Shown piece after piece: positions 39,170 to 49,330 of a stretch of 64,000 nt of DNA. The notes under the pieces were generated by a model that saw nothing but the letters and a program-made list of their open reading frames with translations, was not told the DNA's origin and made no database searches. This DNA is from Rubripirellula sp. (lineage in GTDB: Bacteria; Planctomycetota; Planctomycetia; Pirellulales; Pirellulaceae): contig OZ244207.1 in assembly GCA_965216875.1 (NCBI GenBank), positions 3,392,001-3,456,000 of the forward strand, read 5' to 3'. Position 1 is the stretch's first letter, and each line of letters begins with the position of its first letter. Made by a program: the position numbers and the translations under genes.

Positions 39170-40384
39170 ATGCTAGATCACACCGTTTCTACCCCCGCTG
39201 CCGTGCCGGTTGTGGTGGCACCCCAATCGCCTGAGGCGACGAGCGACCCGGGCGCATCGCAGCAACCATCACAAAAAACACTCAATGTGTTGCACGTCGT
39301 CAACGGCGAACACTTTGCGGGGGCCGAACGGGTTCAATCACATCTCGGCCGCTGCTTGCCACAATTTGGTGTCGAAGCCGATTTCGCATGCGTCAAACCG
39401 GGACGCTTCTCGGCGATGCTTGATGAACAGGCTGGCCAATGGGGCAGCGGATTCGCGACGCCGATGAAAGGTCGTTTTGACCTTCGCCCCGCTTGGCGAA
39501 TCGCGGACCTCGTCAAACAAAACAATTACGACCTGCTACACGCCCACACGCCTCGAACCGCGATGATCGCGTCGGTAGCCTCACGCCGTTCTGGAACTCC
39601 GTGGATCTATCACGTTCACAGTCCCGCCTCGCGCGACTCGGCCAACTCGCTTTCCAATCGCGTCAACGCGTGGATCGAAAAAGGCTCACTGCGAAACTGC
39701 GCCCATCTGATCACCGTCTCGCAGAGTTTGCGAAACGAGTGTTTGTCACAGGGTTACTCGGAAGATGAAGTGACCGTCGTTCACAACGGAGTACCGGCGA
39801 TCCGCCATCAACGCGAAGCAACACCCAAGGTGGGCGGCACGTGGACGCTCGGTATGATCGCGTTGATGCGGCCGCGAAAAGGTTTGGAAGTGGTGCTTGA
39901 TGCGCTGGCCAAATTGGTGGCTGATAATCATGACGTGGTGCTGCGATGCATCGGTCCGTTTGAAACCGATGAATACGAAGCGGAGATCGAAGCTCAAATC
40001 ACAAAGCTCGGCATCGGCGATCGCGTGCATCGCACCGGATTCACCAACAACGTGCCACGTAGCCTCTCCAAGCTAGACGCCATGGTCCTGCCAAGCCTGT
40101 TCGGCGAAGGGTTGCCCATGGTTGTGCTTGAAGCGATGGCCGCTGCCGTGCCTGTGATCGCAACGCGAGTCGAAGGCACCCCCGAAGCGGTCACCGATGG
40201 CGTCGAGGGATTGCTGGCCGAGCCGCGCGATCCGGAAAGCTTGGCCGGCGCCATCGAGCGATTGATCAACGGCGCGGTCGATTGGAAAGAAATGGGCGAA
40301 GCGGCCTGCAAGCGTCACAACGAATCGTTTTCCGACATCGCCATGGCCAAACACACTGCCGAAGTCTATCGGCGAATCGTGTAG
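39170..40384 (+). CDS. Glycosyltransferase family 4 (GT-B)
   Basis: GAER, HAHT, VHNGV, KGLE, PSLFGEGLPMVVLEAMA. Confidence 0.92.
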   Translation: MLDHTVSTPAAVPVVVAPQSPEATSDPGASQQPSQKTLNVLHVVNGEHFAGAERVQSHLGRCLPQFGVEADFACVKPGRFSAMLDEQAGQWGSGFATPMKGRFDLRPAWRIADLVKQNNYDLLHAHTPRTAMIASVASRRSGTPWIYHVHSPASRDSANSLSNRVNAWIEKGSLRNCAHLITVSQSLRNECLSQGYSEDEVTVVHNGVPAIRHQREATPKVGGTWTLGMIALMRPRKGLEVVLDALAKLVADNHDVVLRCIGPFETDEYEAEIEAQITKLGIGDRVHRTGFTNNVPRSLSKLDAMVLPSLFGEGLPMVVLEAMAAAVPVIATRVEGTPEAVTDGVEGLLAEPRDPESLAGAIERLINGAVDWKEMGEAACKRHNESFSDIAMAKHTAEVYRRIV

Positions 40385-40392
40385 TCGGCGCC

Positions 40393-40454
40393 GTTTGTCG
40401 TCCCGCCTTCAGGCGGATCGTGCGAAGATTCCGGCTAAAGCCGGTACGACGAAC
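40393..40454. repeat. Family F REPIN, GTCG/CGAC end variant
   Basis: GTTTGTCGTCCCGCCTTCAGGCGG...CCGGCTAAAGCCGGTACGACGAAC. Confidence 0.85.
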
Positions 40455-40464
40455 AACGCATCAC

Positions 40465-40968
40465 CTACTGGTTCATCGTTGGATTATCGTCGAGGTCACC
40501 CTCGGTGATAATCGTGAACCCTTTTTCGTTAAGCGTTTCCATCGCCAGCTCGATGTTCTCGACCATGATCGCGACAGCCGGTTTGCCGTGCGGGCGGACG
40601 ATCAACGGGTAAGCCTGGATGATGTTCAACTCGGCTTGCAACAGTGCCGTGCAGACTCGCAGCAGCGGTTGAGGGCCCTCGGGCAATTCGACACCGACCA
40701 GATCGGTTTCGATCATGGCCAGGCCGCTGCGTTCGAGAATCTCGCGACCGCGATCGGCGTCGCTGACCAAGAAGCGGACGAACGCACATTCGGCGGCGTC
40801 ATTGATGGATAGGGCACAGACTCGGATTCCCGTTCCTTCGAATCGCTTGACCACTTCAAGAAGTTGGCCAACGCGGTTTTCAAGGAAGATCGTGAACTGG
40901 CGAATCGCAGGGAAGTTCCGTCCTCGAATCGTCTCGAAAGCTGTGCCCGAATCGTCCCCAATACTCAT
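40465..40968 (-). CDS. Tandem ACT-domain protein
   Basis: QFTIFLENRVGQL; second ACT-like unit with NIIQAYP. Confidence 0.8.
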   Translation of the reverse strand: MSIGDDSGTAFETIRGRNFPAIRQFTIFLENRVGQLLEVVKRFEGTGIRVCALSINDAAECAFVRFLVSDADRGREILERSGLAMIETDLVGVELPEGPQPLLRVCTALLQAELNIIQAYPLIVRPHGKPAVAIMVENIELAMETLNEKGFTIITEGDLDDNPTMNQ

Positions 40969-41138
40969 CGTGAATCCAATTTGATGCAGGTCGCTGGTGC
41001 CCGGGAAGTCGAAAGTTTAGGCTTCGAACGCCAGGATGGTCAATTCATTGCGACAATGGGGGCACTTTTTGCCCCTCCGATTCCCTTGTGGCTTTCCGCG
41101 GCAACCCATCCCCATTCCACGCGCCACTTGCCAACCTG

Positions 41139-41555
41139 ATGCCTGACTCGACCGCAAAGTCACCCGAGAAGCCACCGTTTCGCCACGAATTGACGATCCG
41201 AGTCAATTACAACGAGACCGATGGCCAGCGTCGCGTGCACCATGCGAACTATCTGAATTATTTCGAACGGGGACGCGTCGAGATGCTACGCGAAATGGGC
41301 ATCCTCTACAAAAAACTCGAAGACGACGGGCTGATGTTGGTCGTTTCGGAGATGAATGTTCGGTATCACGCAGCGGCTGAGTTCGATGATCTGTTGACCC
41401 TGGTCGCCGAAGTCACCCAGATCCGAAAAGTGCGTATCGGTCACCGTTACACGATCCATCGCGGTGATGAGTTGATCGTCGAAGCCGACTCGGTGATCGC
41501 CTGTGTCGACCGAAACGGAAAACCAAGTCGGCTGCCCGAGCAACTGCGAATGTAG
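41139..41555 (+). CDS. Acyl-CoA thioesterase (YbgC/FadM hotdog family)
   Basis: RVNYNETDGQRRVHHANYLNYFERGR, AEFDDLL. Confidence 0.9.
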   Translation: MPDSTAKSPEKPPFRHELTIRVNYNETDGQRRVHHANYLNYFERGRVEMLREMGILYKKLEDDGLMLVVSEMNVRYHAAAEFDDLLTLVAEVTQIRKVRIGHRYTIHRGDELIVEADSVIACVDRNGKPSRLPEQLRM

Positions 41556-41571
41556 TTCCGTCGGTAGGCAA

Positions 41572-41633
41572 GTTCGTAGTCCCGCCTTTAGGCGGAAGGT
41601 AAGAAGATTCCGGCTAAAGCCGGTACTACGAAC
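41572..41633. repeat. Family F REPIN (62 bp)
   Basis: GTTCGTAGTCCCGCCTTTAGGCGG...CCGGCTAAAGCCGGTACTACGAAC. Confidence 0.88.
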
Positions 41634-41683
41634 GTTTGTCGCTACCCTGATTGGTGTCAATCACGGCACACGCGGAAATGGCG

Positions 41684-42421
41684 CTATGCCGCAGCGCGGA
41701 AGGGGCCGCTGTCGGCGACGTCATGCGAAAAGATTTTTGCAGTCCCCATCGCGGCGGCTTTCATCATTGTCGATTCCGCGATCGCTGCCATCCGCGCGAT
41801 GCGTCCGTCGCCAAGGTGATGCAACATCTCGATTGCCGAATCGCTCCACGTTTCACCAGAACCGCCAACCGCCTCGAGACTCCAACGCACATAGGCGTGT
41901 GTCTGCTTGATCGACATCGGTGACAAGTTGATGAGAGTCGCCGATTCGGCCGATGCCGCCAACGCGGGAACGCAAACGAGCGCCGACAGAACGTTTTCGT
42001 TCGTCAGATGCTCTGCCAATTCCAAGGCGTGTCGTTGGCAATCATCGATCACCCAGAACGCTTGAATCTCTGCGCTGTTGCTTTGGCGAATCCAGTCGAT
42101 GCATTGTTCGACCGACGCAGCGCGATGAACACCGAAAGCGACGGCCAGCCTCCGGACCGTTTCCTCCAAGCTCCCTTTGCCCGAGGTCGCGATCACTTCG
42201 ACCGCTTGATCACCCCAGCCACGGGTTGCTGCGATGTAGCGAACAAGACTGGTTGCACCACAACCGGAACGCGCGACCAGATAACCGAGACGGTTCTTCG
42301 ATTCGATAAACCGGCCAACGTCGAACAGCGCCGCGGCTTGGCGCTCGCCGCGATGAAAGCGTACCGCCGCATCATGTCGGAAGGGCGGTTCCATTAACGA
42401 CCAATAGCTAAGATATTGCAT
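41684..42421 (-). CDS. ExeA/GspA-like AAA protein with degenerate Walker A
   Basis: YLSYWSLMEPPF N-terminus, ARSGCGATS P-loop remnant, VIDD, and LSPMS...THAYV...L..VG...WSDSAIEMLH...G C-terminal pattern. Confidence 0.65.
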   Translation of the reverse strand: MQYLSYWSLMEPPFRHDAAVRFHRGERQAAALFDVGRFIESKNRLGYLVARSGCGATSLVRYIAATRGWGDQAVEVIATSGKGSLEETVRRLAVAFGVHRAASVEQCIDWIRQSNSAEIQAFWVIDDCQRHALELAEHLTNENVLSALVCVPALAASAESATLINLSPMSIKQTHAYVRWSLEAVGGSGETWSDSAIEMLHHLGDGRIARMAAIAESTMMKAAAMGTAKIFSHDVADSGPFRAAA

Positions 42422-42654
42422 CAACGGTTCTTCCCACGTGCGGTCGAGCGAATTTGCAAGCCGGTTTCTGGGCCATTATTTCTCGGCCGGTCTTTTTGGG
42501 CCGAATTCGACGTCAGCGATCGAATCGAACGGGCCTCACTTGCGTTTGATATCATCGGCAGCGACCGACCATGACTTGACTGCCTAATCGTCGAAACCGT
42601 CGCGATTCGCTTCTTCGCACCCCTCCTCTCTTTCTGCACCCGCAAACTCGATTC

Positions 42655-43350
42655 ATGACCAGCCGCTATTTCGCTGCCGACTTACCACCAAGTGGTGGTC
42701 TGGTGACGCTTGCTGAAGGCGAATTGCACCACGCCCTTCACGTCATGCGCGTCAAAGCGGGCCAGTCGTTGACGCTTTTTGATGGCAAGGGAAATGAGGC
42801 GGTCGCCGAAGTGATCGAGGCGACCAAACGCCAATGCGTCTGCCGAGCCGAGCCGGCCGGCAGGGTGGATCGTGAACCAACCCGGTCGCTTTCGGTCGCG
42901 ATTGCGTTACCCAAACCCGACCGCGCCAAAGAACTCGTCGAACGCCTTACCGAACTTGGTGCCGCTCGATTGGTGCCGATTGTCGCCGAGCGGACGCAGC
43001 GTCCACCGAGCAGCAGTCAAATCGAGAAGCTTCGCCGCGCCGTCATCGAAGCGTGCAAGCAATGCGGCCGGAATCAACTCATGGAAATCACCGAACCTGT
43101 TTCGTCGAGTGAATACTTTTCAAGTTCGCATGAGGGGTGCTGCGTGATCGCTCATCCGGATGGCGAGTCGCATCGGGAGTTGGTCGACGGGCAAGAAGAT
43201 GTCGTCGCAGCGATCGGCCCCGAAGGAGGCTGGACCGATCAAGAGGTACAGCAGGCAATGGCCAGCGGATTCACTAAGGTCGGGCTCGGCAAGAGAATCT
43301 ACCGAATCGAGACCGCAGCCGTCGTGATCGCGGCCATGTTGGCCGATTGA
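42655..43350 (+). CDS. rsmE: 16S rRNA m3U1498 methyltransferase
   Basis: HHALHVMRV, TELG, EACKQCGR, IGPEGGW, LGKRIYRIETAA. Confidence 0.93.
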   Translation: MTSRYFAADLPPSGGLVTLAEGELHHALHVMRVKAGQSLTLFDGKGNEAVAEVIEATKRQCVCRAEPAGRVDREPTRSLSVAIALPKPDRAKELVERLTELGAARLVPIVAERTQRPPSSSQIEKLRRAVIEACKQCGRNQLMEITEPVSSSEYFSSSHEGCCVIAHPDGESHRELVDGQEDVVAAIGPEGGWTDQEVQQAMASGFTKVGLGKRIYRIETAAVVIAAMLAD

Positions 43351-43454
43351 ATTGTCGCCTTTCGCTCCGCGAAAGTAGCGTTTACCCGCCCTGTTCAAGA
43401 CGCAACTTTCGCGGAGCGAAAGGCGACAATTTTGCCATGCACAGCATGACCGAC
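43351..43454. repeat. Family D REPIN (26-bp perfect inverted arms) plus family B variant
   Basis: ATTGTCGCCTTTCGCTCCGCGAAAGT at 43351-43376 with its inverse at 43405-43430; B variant at 43434-43454. Confidence 0.88.
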
Positions 43455-44176
43455 TAGTAGCCGGTCGCGTTTGTTCCGCTGGCGTCGACTTGGGGCAGTC
43501 CCAACTTCTCTCGTGCGGGGTCGAGGATTGCGGCGGTCGCGCTGGCACCGACTCGCGTCACTCCGAGTGCTTTCACTTGGAGAAGCGTTTCGAGGTCACG
43601 AACGCCGCCTGCCGCTTTCACCTCGGTTGCACCGCTGGCGTGCTCGACCATCAACTGTAAGTCTTCCGTGGTCGCACCGCCGGTGCCGAAACCGGTCGAG
43701 GTCTTGATCCAGTCAGCGCCGGCCTGACAAGAGAGTTCGGCCAGTTTGATTTTGTGAGCATCTTGCAGGTAGCAGTTCTCGAAGATCACTTTCACTTTGC
43801 GGTCAGCGGCATGGGCCATTTTGACGATCTCGGTGATTTCGTTGCTGACCAGGTCCCAATTTTCGCTGAGAACCGCCGAGATGTTGACGACCATGTCGAG
43901 CTCAATCGCGCCATCTTCAATCGCTTGTCTCGATTCCGCCAACTTGGTGGACGTCGCTTGTCCGCCATGCGGGAACCCGATCACGGTGCTGGGCAATACC
44001 GTTGTCCCGGCCAGGATTTCGCTGCAACGACGCACGTAGTAAGGCATGATGCAGATACTGGCAACATCGTAGGCTGCGGCCATCGCACAGCCTTTTTCCA
44101 GGTCATCGGCCGCGAGCGTTGGCGAAAGCAACGCGTGGTCGATCATCTTGGCAACGTCTTCGTAGGTGTATTCCAT
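43454..44176 (-). CDS. deoC: Deoxyribose-phosphate aldolase
   Basis: MIDHALL, VIGFPHG, ELDMVVN, KVIFE, WIKTSTGF, VKAAGGVR, RVGAS. Confidence 0.95.
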   Translation of the reverse strand: MEYTYEDVAKMIDHALLSPTLAADDLEKGCAMAAAYDVASICIMPYYVRRCSEILAGTTVLPSTVIGFPHGGQATSTKLAESRQAIEDGAIELDMVVNISAVLSENWDLVSNEITEIVKMAHAADRKVKVIFENCYLQDAHKIKLAELSCQAGADWIKTSTGFGTGGATTEDLQLMVEHASGATEVKAAGGVRDLETLLQVKALGVTRVGASATAAILDPAREKLGLPQVDASGTNATGY

Positions 44177-44187
44177 CTCGTCTTTTC

Positions 44188-45255
44188 TCAGCCTGCGTCG
44201 GTGTATTTGACTTTGCCGCTTCCTGAAACGATTCGACCGATCGGTTGGCACTCAATCCCGGCCGCTTTGATTTGGCTGGCAATGCTCGCGGCGTAAAACT
44301 CGCTGACGACCGCTGCCATGCCGACGCCCATGTTGAAGACGCGACGCATCTCTGAAGTTTCCACGCCACCGGTTTCTTGCAACCATTGAAAGATCGTCGG
44401 GACCTCCCAGCTCGATGGATCAATCTCGGCATCAACGTTGTCGGGCAGAATCCGGTCGAGGTTTTCTTCGATCCCGCCGCCGGTGATATGAGCGAGTCCG
44501 TGAAGCACCTGCTTGACTCGGTAGTGCGACTGGACAGTCCGAATCGCTTTGGTGTAGATCCGAGTCGGTTCCAAACAAACATCGGCAAGCGTTTGCCCGC
44601 CAAACGTTTCAGGTTTGTCGTCCCAGCCGAGACCAGCGTCGTCGATCACTTTTCGTACCAGCGAAAAGCCGTTGCTATGAAGTCCCGCCGACGCGAGTCC
44701 AAGCACGACATCGCCTTCGGAGATCAGAGACCCGTTGATCAATCGTTTCTGTTCAACAACCCCGACGGCGAAACCAGCCAAGTCGTAGTCTTCGACACCA
44801 TACATGTCGGGCATGATCGCCGTTTCGCCACCGAGCAGCGCCAAGTCGCCGTCGACGCAGCCGTCACTAATGCCTTGCACGATCTTTTCCAGTCGCGCCG
44901 GATCGTCTTTGCCCATCGCGACGTAGTCAAGGAAGAAGAGTGGCTCGCCGCCGGTGCAGAGCAAATCATTGACGCACATGCCGACCAAATCGATGCCGAC
45001 CGTTTCGTGGCGTCCGGTCAGTTGTGCGATCTTGAGCTTGGTGCCAACGCCGTCGGTGCCTGAGACCAGAATCGGCTCTTCATACTTGCGAGCGAACAGC
45101 TTGCCTTCAAAGTCGAGGCGAAAGAGTCCCGCGAAGCCGCCGTCGCTCGGGATCACACGGGGACTGAAGGTTCGATGCATCAACCGCGGCAATCGGCTCA
45201 TCGATTCGGCGTAGACATCAAGGTCGACGCCGGCGTCTTTGTAGGTTGCAGGCAT
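44188..45255 (-). CDS. purM: Phosphoribosylformylglycinamidine cyclo-ligase (AIR synthetase)
   Basis: [40 protein letters not shown]. Confidence 0.96.
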   Translation of the reverse strand: MPATYKDAGVDLDVYAESMSRLPRLMHRTFSPRVIPSDGGFAGLFRLDFEGKLFARKYEEPILVSGTDGVGTKLKIAQLTGRHETVGIDLVGMCVNDLLCTGGEPLFFLDYVAMGKDDPARLEKIVQGISDGCVDGDLALLGGETAIMPDMYGVEDYDLAGFAVGVVEQKRLINGSLISEGDVVLGLASAGLHSNGFSLVRKVIDDAGLGWDDKPETFGGQTLADVCLEPTRIYTKAIRTVQSHYRVKQVLHGLAHITGGGIEENLDRILPDNVDAEIDPSSWEVPTIFQWLQETGGVETSEMRRVFNMGVGMAAVVSEFYAASIASQIKAAGIECQPIGRIVSGSGKVKYTDAG

Positions 45256-45961
45256 GAATCAAATGAAGTTTTTTTGGGGCATTCGCGACGGCAAAATCGG
45301 GCGACGAAAATCGCGGGACAATTCTGTTTTCACTTCAGAATTGAGGTCGTGGTCATGATGACGCGATTGAAGCTGTGCGAATAGGTGCCGACCGATTTCG
45401 AACGAACAATCGCCGGCAACGGCTGCTTTGCAGGTCGTTTGGAGCGAGTCCCAAACCACAGCGGCACGCGATTGAACGTTAACGGCAGATTCGGGCAGCC
45501 AACGGGGCGTTGCCTGAAACCTCCGTTTTTGCGGCATTCTACATCCGTTATGCTCGCAGTTCGACCGTGGTGAGGAAACCGCCAGAGTGCGGGAAAACTC
45601 CAGGCAGTGCGCAGGCCGGCAGGATCAACCCAACCAGCCCGCAAACTCGCCGCACGTCTACCCGCATTGCCGCGTTTGACTCACCCCAACCCGCATCGTT
45701 TCGCTCATTCCTTCGTGAGGTTTCTCCGATACCAATCCGCCAGACGTCGTCTCGGCAACCAAGGCCATGAGAATTTCAGGTGCCTTTACGAGTTGCTCCG
45801 GCACGGCCAAACGGCGGTGGTAGTGTTTTTCGTAAGCGTCTGCTCAGTCCGCTGAGCGTCCGCTCAGGAATCGCTACTAGAACGACCACAGGAACATGTT
45901 GGCCACGCAGCCCCACCCGGTCTGCGGCCCGACGTGACTGATCGAAGGAGAAGCCCGCAAT

Positions 45962-48055
45962 ATGCTCATGCGACAGCCGTGCCCCAATCTGCAGTTCGCC
46001 TACCAGCCGCCTTTCGGCTCGCACCTGCAAGACACCGGCGTCCAGTTCTCGGTCTTCAGTCGCAGCGCCACGGCGATGCGGTTGTTGCTCTACAACAAAG
46101 TCAATGACCGTGAACCTGCCGAGGTGATTGAGTTCGATCGCGACACCGACCGGTGGGGCGACGTGTGGAGCTTGACCGTTCCTGGTATCGAAGCTGGCCA
46201 GCTCTACCATTTGCAAGCCAGCGGTCCTTGGGATCCCGATCGCGGCCATCGCTTCGATTCGTCGGCGCGGTTGATCGACCCCTATTGCCAAGCCTTGGCC
46301 GGTGAGTTCTTGCCGAGCGACGACGGCGTGATCCGCCCTCCCAAGTGCGTGGTCGTCGACGACAAGTTCGATTGGGATGGTGATCGTCACATTCGCCGCG
46401 ACATCAGCGAATCGATCATCTACGAAATGCACGTCAAGGGTTTCACCAAAAGCCGCACCGCCAAGGTCAAGGCTCCGGGAAGCTACTTGGGCGTGATCGA
46501 GAAGATCCCCTACCTGCAATCGCTTGGCATCACCGCGGTCGAGCTGATGCCCGTCAACGAGTTCCCGATCAAAGACATCTACGGGAACAAACTTGATCGC
46601 CCCAACTACTGGGGCTACGACCCGATGGCGTTCTTTTCGCCACACCGCGGCTACGCACACGACCAAAAGACGCCGGGCGCGCAGGTGCGCGAGTTCAAAG
46701 AGATGGTCAAAGCCCTGCATGCTGCGGGCATCGAAGTGATCTTGGACGTGGTCTTCAACCACACCTGCGAAGGCAACGAGAACGGACCGACCCTTTCGTT
46801 CAAGGGTCTCGAGAACCAGGTCTACTACATCCTCAGCGAAGGCAAGCACTACTCCAACTACAGCGGTTGCGGCAACACGATCAACGGCAACCATCCAGTG
46901 GTTCGCGAGATGATCTTTCACTGCCTGCGTCACTGGGTACACAACTACCACATCGACGGGTTCCGCTTCGACTTGGCCAGCATCTTGAGCCGAGACCGTA
47001 ACGGCAACTTGATTCCTAACCCACCGATGGTCGAGTTGATCGCCGAAGACCCGTTGCTTGCCGATACCAAGATCATCGCCGAAGCATGGGACGCCGCCGG
47101 AGCCTACCAAGTCGGTTCGTTCGGCAACCATCGCTGGGCTGAATGGAATGGACGCTTCCGAGATGACGTCCGCGGCTTTTGGCGAGGTGATGTCGGAACG
47201 CTCGGCGCACTTGCCACGCGACTTGCCGGCAGCAGCGACCTATACGAACACGACGGACGGCCACCGTTTTGCAGCATCAACTTCGTCACCAGCCATGACG
47301 GGTTCACGATGAGCGACCTTGTCTCGTACAAGGACAAGCACAACATGGCCAACGGCGAAAACAACTGCGATGGTGACAACCACAACATCAGCGACAACTA
47401 TGGCGCCGAAGGACCGACTCGCAAGAAAGCGATCAACACGGTTCGTTCACGACAAGTCCGCAACATGTTGACCACCCTGTTGCTAAGCCAAGGTGTTCCG
47501 ATGCTGGTCAGTGGCGACGAGATTCGCCGCACGCAAAAGGGCAACAACAACGCCTACTGCCAAGACACCGACGTCAGTTGGTTCGACTGGAACCTGGTCG
47601 AAAAGAACGCCGATCTGCTTCGCTTCGTGCAAGCCTTGACGCATTTCCGACGAGAACAGCCTTCGGTTCGCCGCAAATCGTTCTTGACCGGTCAACCTGT
47701 CGATGGACGGATGATCCCCGACGTTTCGTGGTACGCCCCCGAGGGGACACCGCTTGATTGGGGACAGGGCGAATTGGCCATGATGGCCTACATCGCTGCC
47801 CCCAGCCGAGCCGAAGACCGCGAAGGCCAAGGCCGCGACTTGCTGATGATGTTCAACAGCACCGGGCAAGTTCGCGACTACAAAATGCCAGAAGTCGGCC
47901 GCGGCATGCGTTGGAAGCTGTTCGTCGACACGGCCGCCCCGTCGCCCGAGGACATCTACCCTGATGCCGATGGACCGATGCCACCGGCAACACGGATCGT
48001 CGAAATGCCCCATCACTCGATGAAGGTCTACGTCAGCCAAAAAGGCCCGTTCTAG
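45962..48055 (+). CDS. glgX: Glycogen debranching enzyme / isoamylase (GH13)
   Basis: IYEMHVKGFT, NYWGYDP, DVVFNHT, DGFRFDLA, IAEAWD, SHDGFT, GNNNAYCQD; AAGGAG RBS. Confidence 0.95.
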   Translation: MLMRQPCPNLQFAYQPPFGSHLQDTGVQFSVFSRSATAMRLLLYNKVNDREPAEVIEFDRDTDRWGDVWSLTVPGIEAGQLYHLQASGPWDPDRGHRFDSSARLIDPYCQALAGEFLPSDDGVIRPPKCVVVDDKFDWDGDRHIRRDISESIIYEMHVKGFTKSRTAKVKAPGSYLGVIEKIPYLQSLGITAVELMPVNEFPIKDIYGNKLDRPNYWGYDPMAFFSPHRGYAHDQKTPGAQVREFKEMVKALHAAGIEVILDVVFNHTCEGNENGPTLSFKGLENQVYYILSEGKHYSNYSGCGNTINGNHPVVREMIFHCLRHWVHNYHIDGFRFDLASILSRDRNGNLIPNPPMVELIAEDPLLADTKIIAEAWDAAGAYQVGSFGNHRWAEWNGRFRDDVRGFWRGDVGTLGALATRLAGSSDLYEHDGRPPFCSINFVTSHDGFTMSDLVSYKDKHNMANGENNCDGDNHNISDNYGAEGPTRKKAINTVRSRQVRNMLTTLLLSQGVPMLVSGDEIRRTQKGNNNAYCQDTDVSWFDWNLVEKNADLLRFVQALTHFRREQPSVRRKSFLTGQPVDGRMIPDVSWYAPEGTPLDWGQGELAMMAYIAAPSRAEDREGQGRDLLMMFNSTGQVRDYKMPEVGRGMRWKLFVDTAAPSPEDIYPDADGPMPPATRIVEMPHHSMKVYVSQKGPF

Positions 48056-48083
48056 ACAAAAGCTTGTCCAAGTTAGCGAGCAA

Positions 48084-48116
48084 ACACCCTCCCGCTTGCG
48101 GGAGGGTGTGTGTTTT
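48084..48116 (+). terminator. Probable intrinsic terminator after glgX (hairpin equals the family G arm)
   Basis: ACACCCTCCCGC-TT-GCGGGAGGGTGT followed by GTGTTTT. Confidence 0.6.
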
Positions 48117-48151
48117 GAAAAACAAACCCACTGCGGACATTTGAGGCTCTA

Positions 48152-48431
48152 CCTGGTTCCCACGGTCCTCCGTGGGAACAACTCTTTGCCGCTCCGCGGC
48201 GTCAGCGTCCGTGTCTTCCCGCCTTCGGACTGTTCGTGAGAAGATTCCGGCTAAAGCTCGGTACTACGAACGAAGTCACCCGTTTGTAGTCCAGCCTTCC
48301 TGCCTGGTTCCCACGGTCCTCCGTGGGAACCATTCTTTGCCGCTCCGCGGCGTCTGCACCGCTTACGTCCCGCCTTCAGGCCGTTCGTGAGAAGATTCCG
48401 GCTAAAGCTCGGTACTACAAACGAAGTCACC
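48152..48431. repeat. Tandem duplication (period 151 bp) of a composite family C-like + family F unit
   Basis: 48152-48280 and 48303-48431 both start CCTGGTTCCCACGGTCCTCCGTGGGAAC and end AACGAAGTCACC. Confidence 0.88.
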
Positions 48432-48627
48432 GATTCGCAGTCGCTTCTATCTTGCCCATTTTCAACCGGGCACATCCGGTCTTGCCACGATAGCGTTAAT
48501 TGCGAACACTTAGGTAACGGACATCGGCTGAGTCGACTCTGTGGCGGCTCTCGGTCTGTGTTCGTGACAACCTATCGACAACATTTGTTGAATCATCGTG
48601 CCAATCCACGCGTCCGAAAGACAACGC

Positions 48628-49266
48628 ATGAATTTTCCTATGGCTCACGACATCGTGGCTAATGAACTGGCGAGCAGCCATTCCTACCAGAGCTACCAAC
48701 GACAGCGACAGTTGACCCTGGGCGACCTGTTGCTGGAAAACCGGATCGTCTTTTTGCAGGGCGAGATTCACTACGCGAACGCAAACGACGTGGTGATGAA
48801 GTTGCTGTATCTGCAAAGCGAAAACCGCCGCAAAGACATTCACTTCTACATCAACTCACCGGGCGGAAGTGTCACTGCGACCCTTGCGATCTACGACACG
48901 ATGCAAATGCTCTCGTGCCCTGTCGGCACCTACTGCGTCGGCGAAGCCTGCAGTGGCGCGGCCGTGTTGTTGGTCGGCGGCACCAAAGGCAAACGCTTCT
49001 GTCTGCCCAACAGCCGCGTCATGATGCACCAACCCATGGGTGGTGTCGGCGGTCAAGTGAGCGATATCGAAATCCAAGCGGCCGAAATGTTCCGCTACCG
49101 CGATGTGCTGAACGAGATCATCAGCAAGCACAGCGGTCAAACTGTCGACAAGATCGCCAAGGACACTGACCGTGACTTCTTCCTGGGTGCTCAAGAAGCC
49201 AAAGAGTACGGATTGGTTGACGACATCCTGGTCAAACCACCATCCGACGAAGAAGACGACGATTGA
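48628..49266 (+). CDS. clpP: ATP-dependent Clp protease proteolytic subunit (paralog 1)
   Basis: [33 protein letters not shown]. Start at 48628 or 48640. Confidence 0.93.
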   Translation: MNFPMAHDIVANELASSHSYQSYQRQRQLTLGDLLLENRIVFLQGEIHYANANDVVMKLLYLQSENRRKDIHFYINSPGGSVTATLAIYDTMQMLSCPVGTYCVGEACSGAAVLLVGGTKGKRFCLPNSRVMMHQPMGGVGGQVSDIEIQAAEMFRYRDVLNEIISKHSGQTVDKIAKDTDRDFFLGAQEAKEYGLVDDILVKPPSDEEDDD

Positions 49267-49330
49267 TATTGGTCCGTCCTGAAGACTGCCAATTAACCAC
49301 CAGACAACTCTTTGCACACCCAGAACCATC

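Noticed and set aside
45256..45961. ZTP or purine riboswitch upstream of purM (also checked for purC)
   Set aside because: I could not find the GACUGGCG and CGCCUGGGC hallmarks by eye. An Infernal search would be needed to exclude it fully.
48152..48431. Possible CRISPR repeat-spacer pair
   Set aside because: The whole 129-bp unit is duplicated, including the would-be spacer, and its parts match dispersed REP families.
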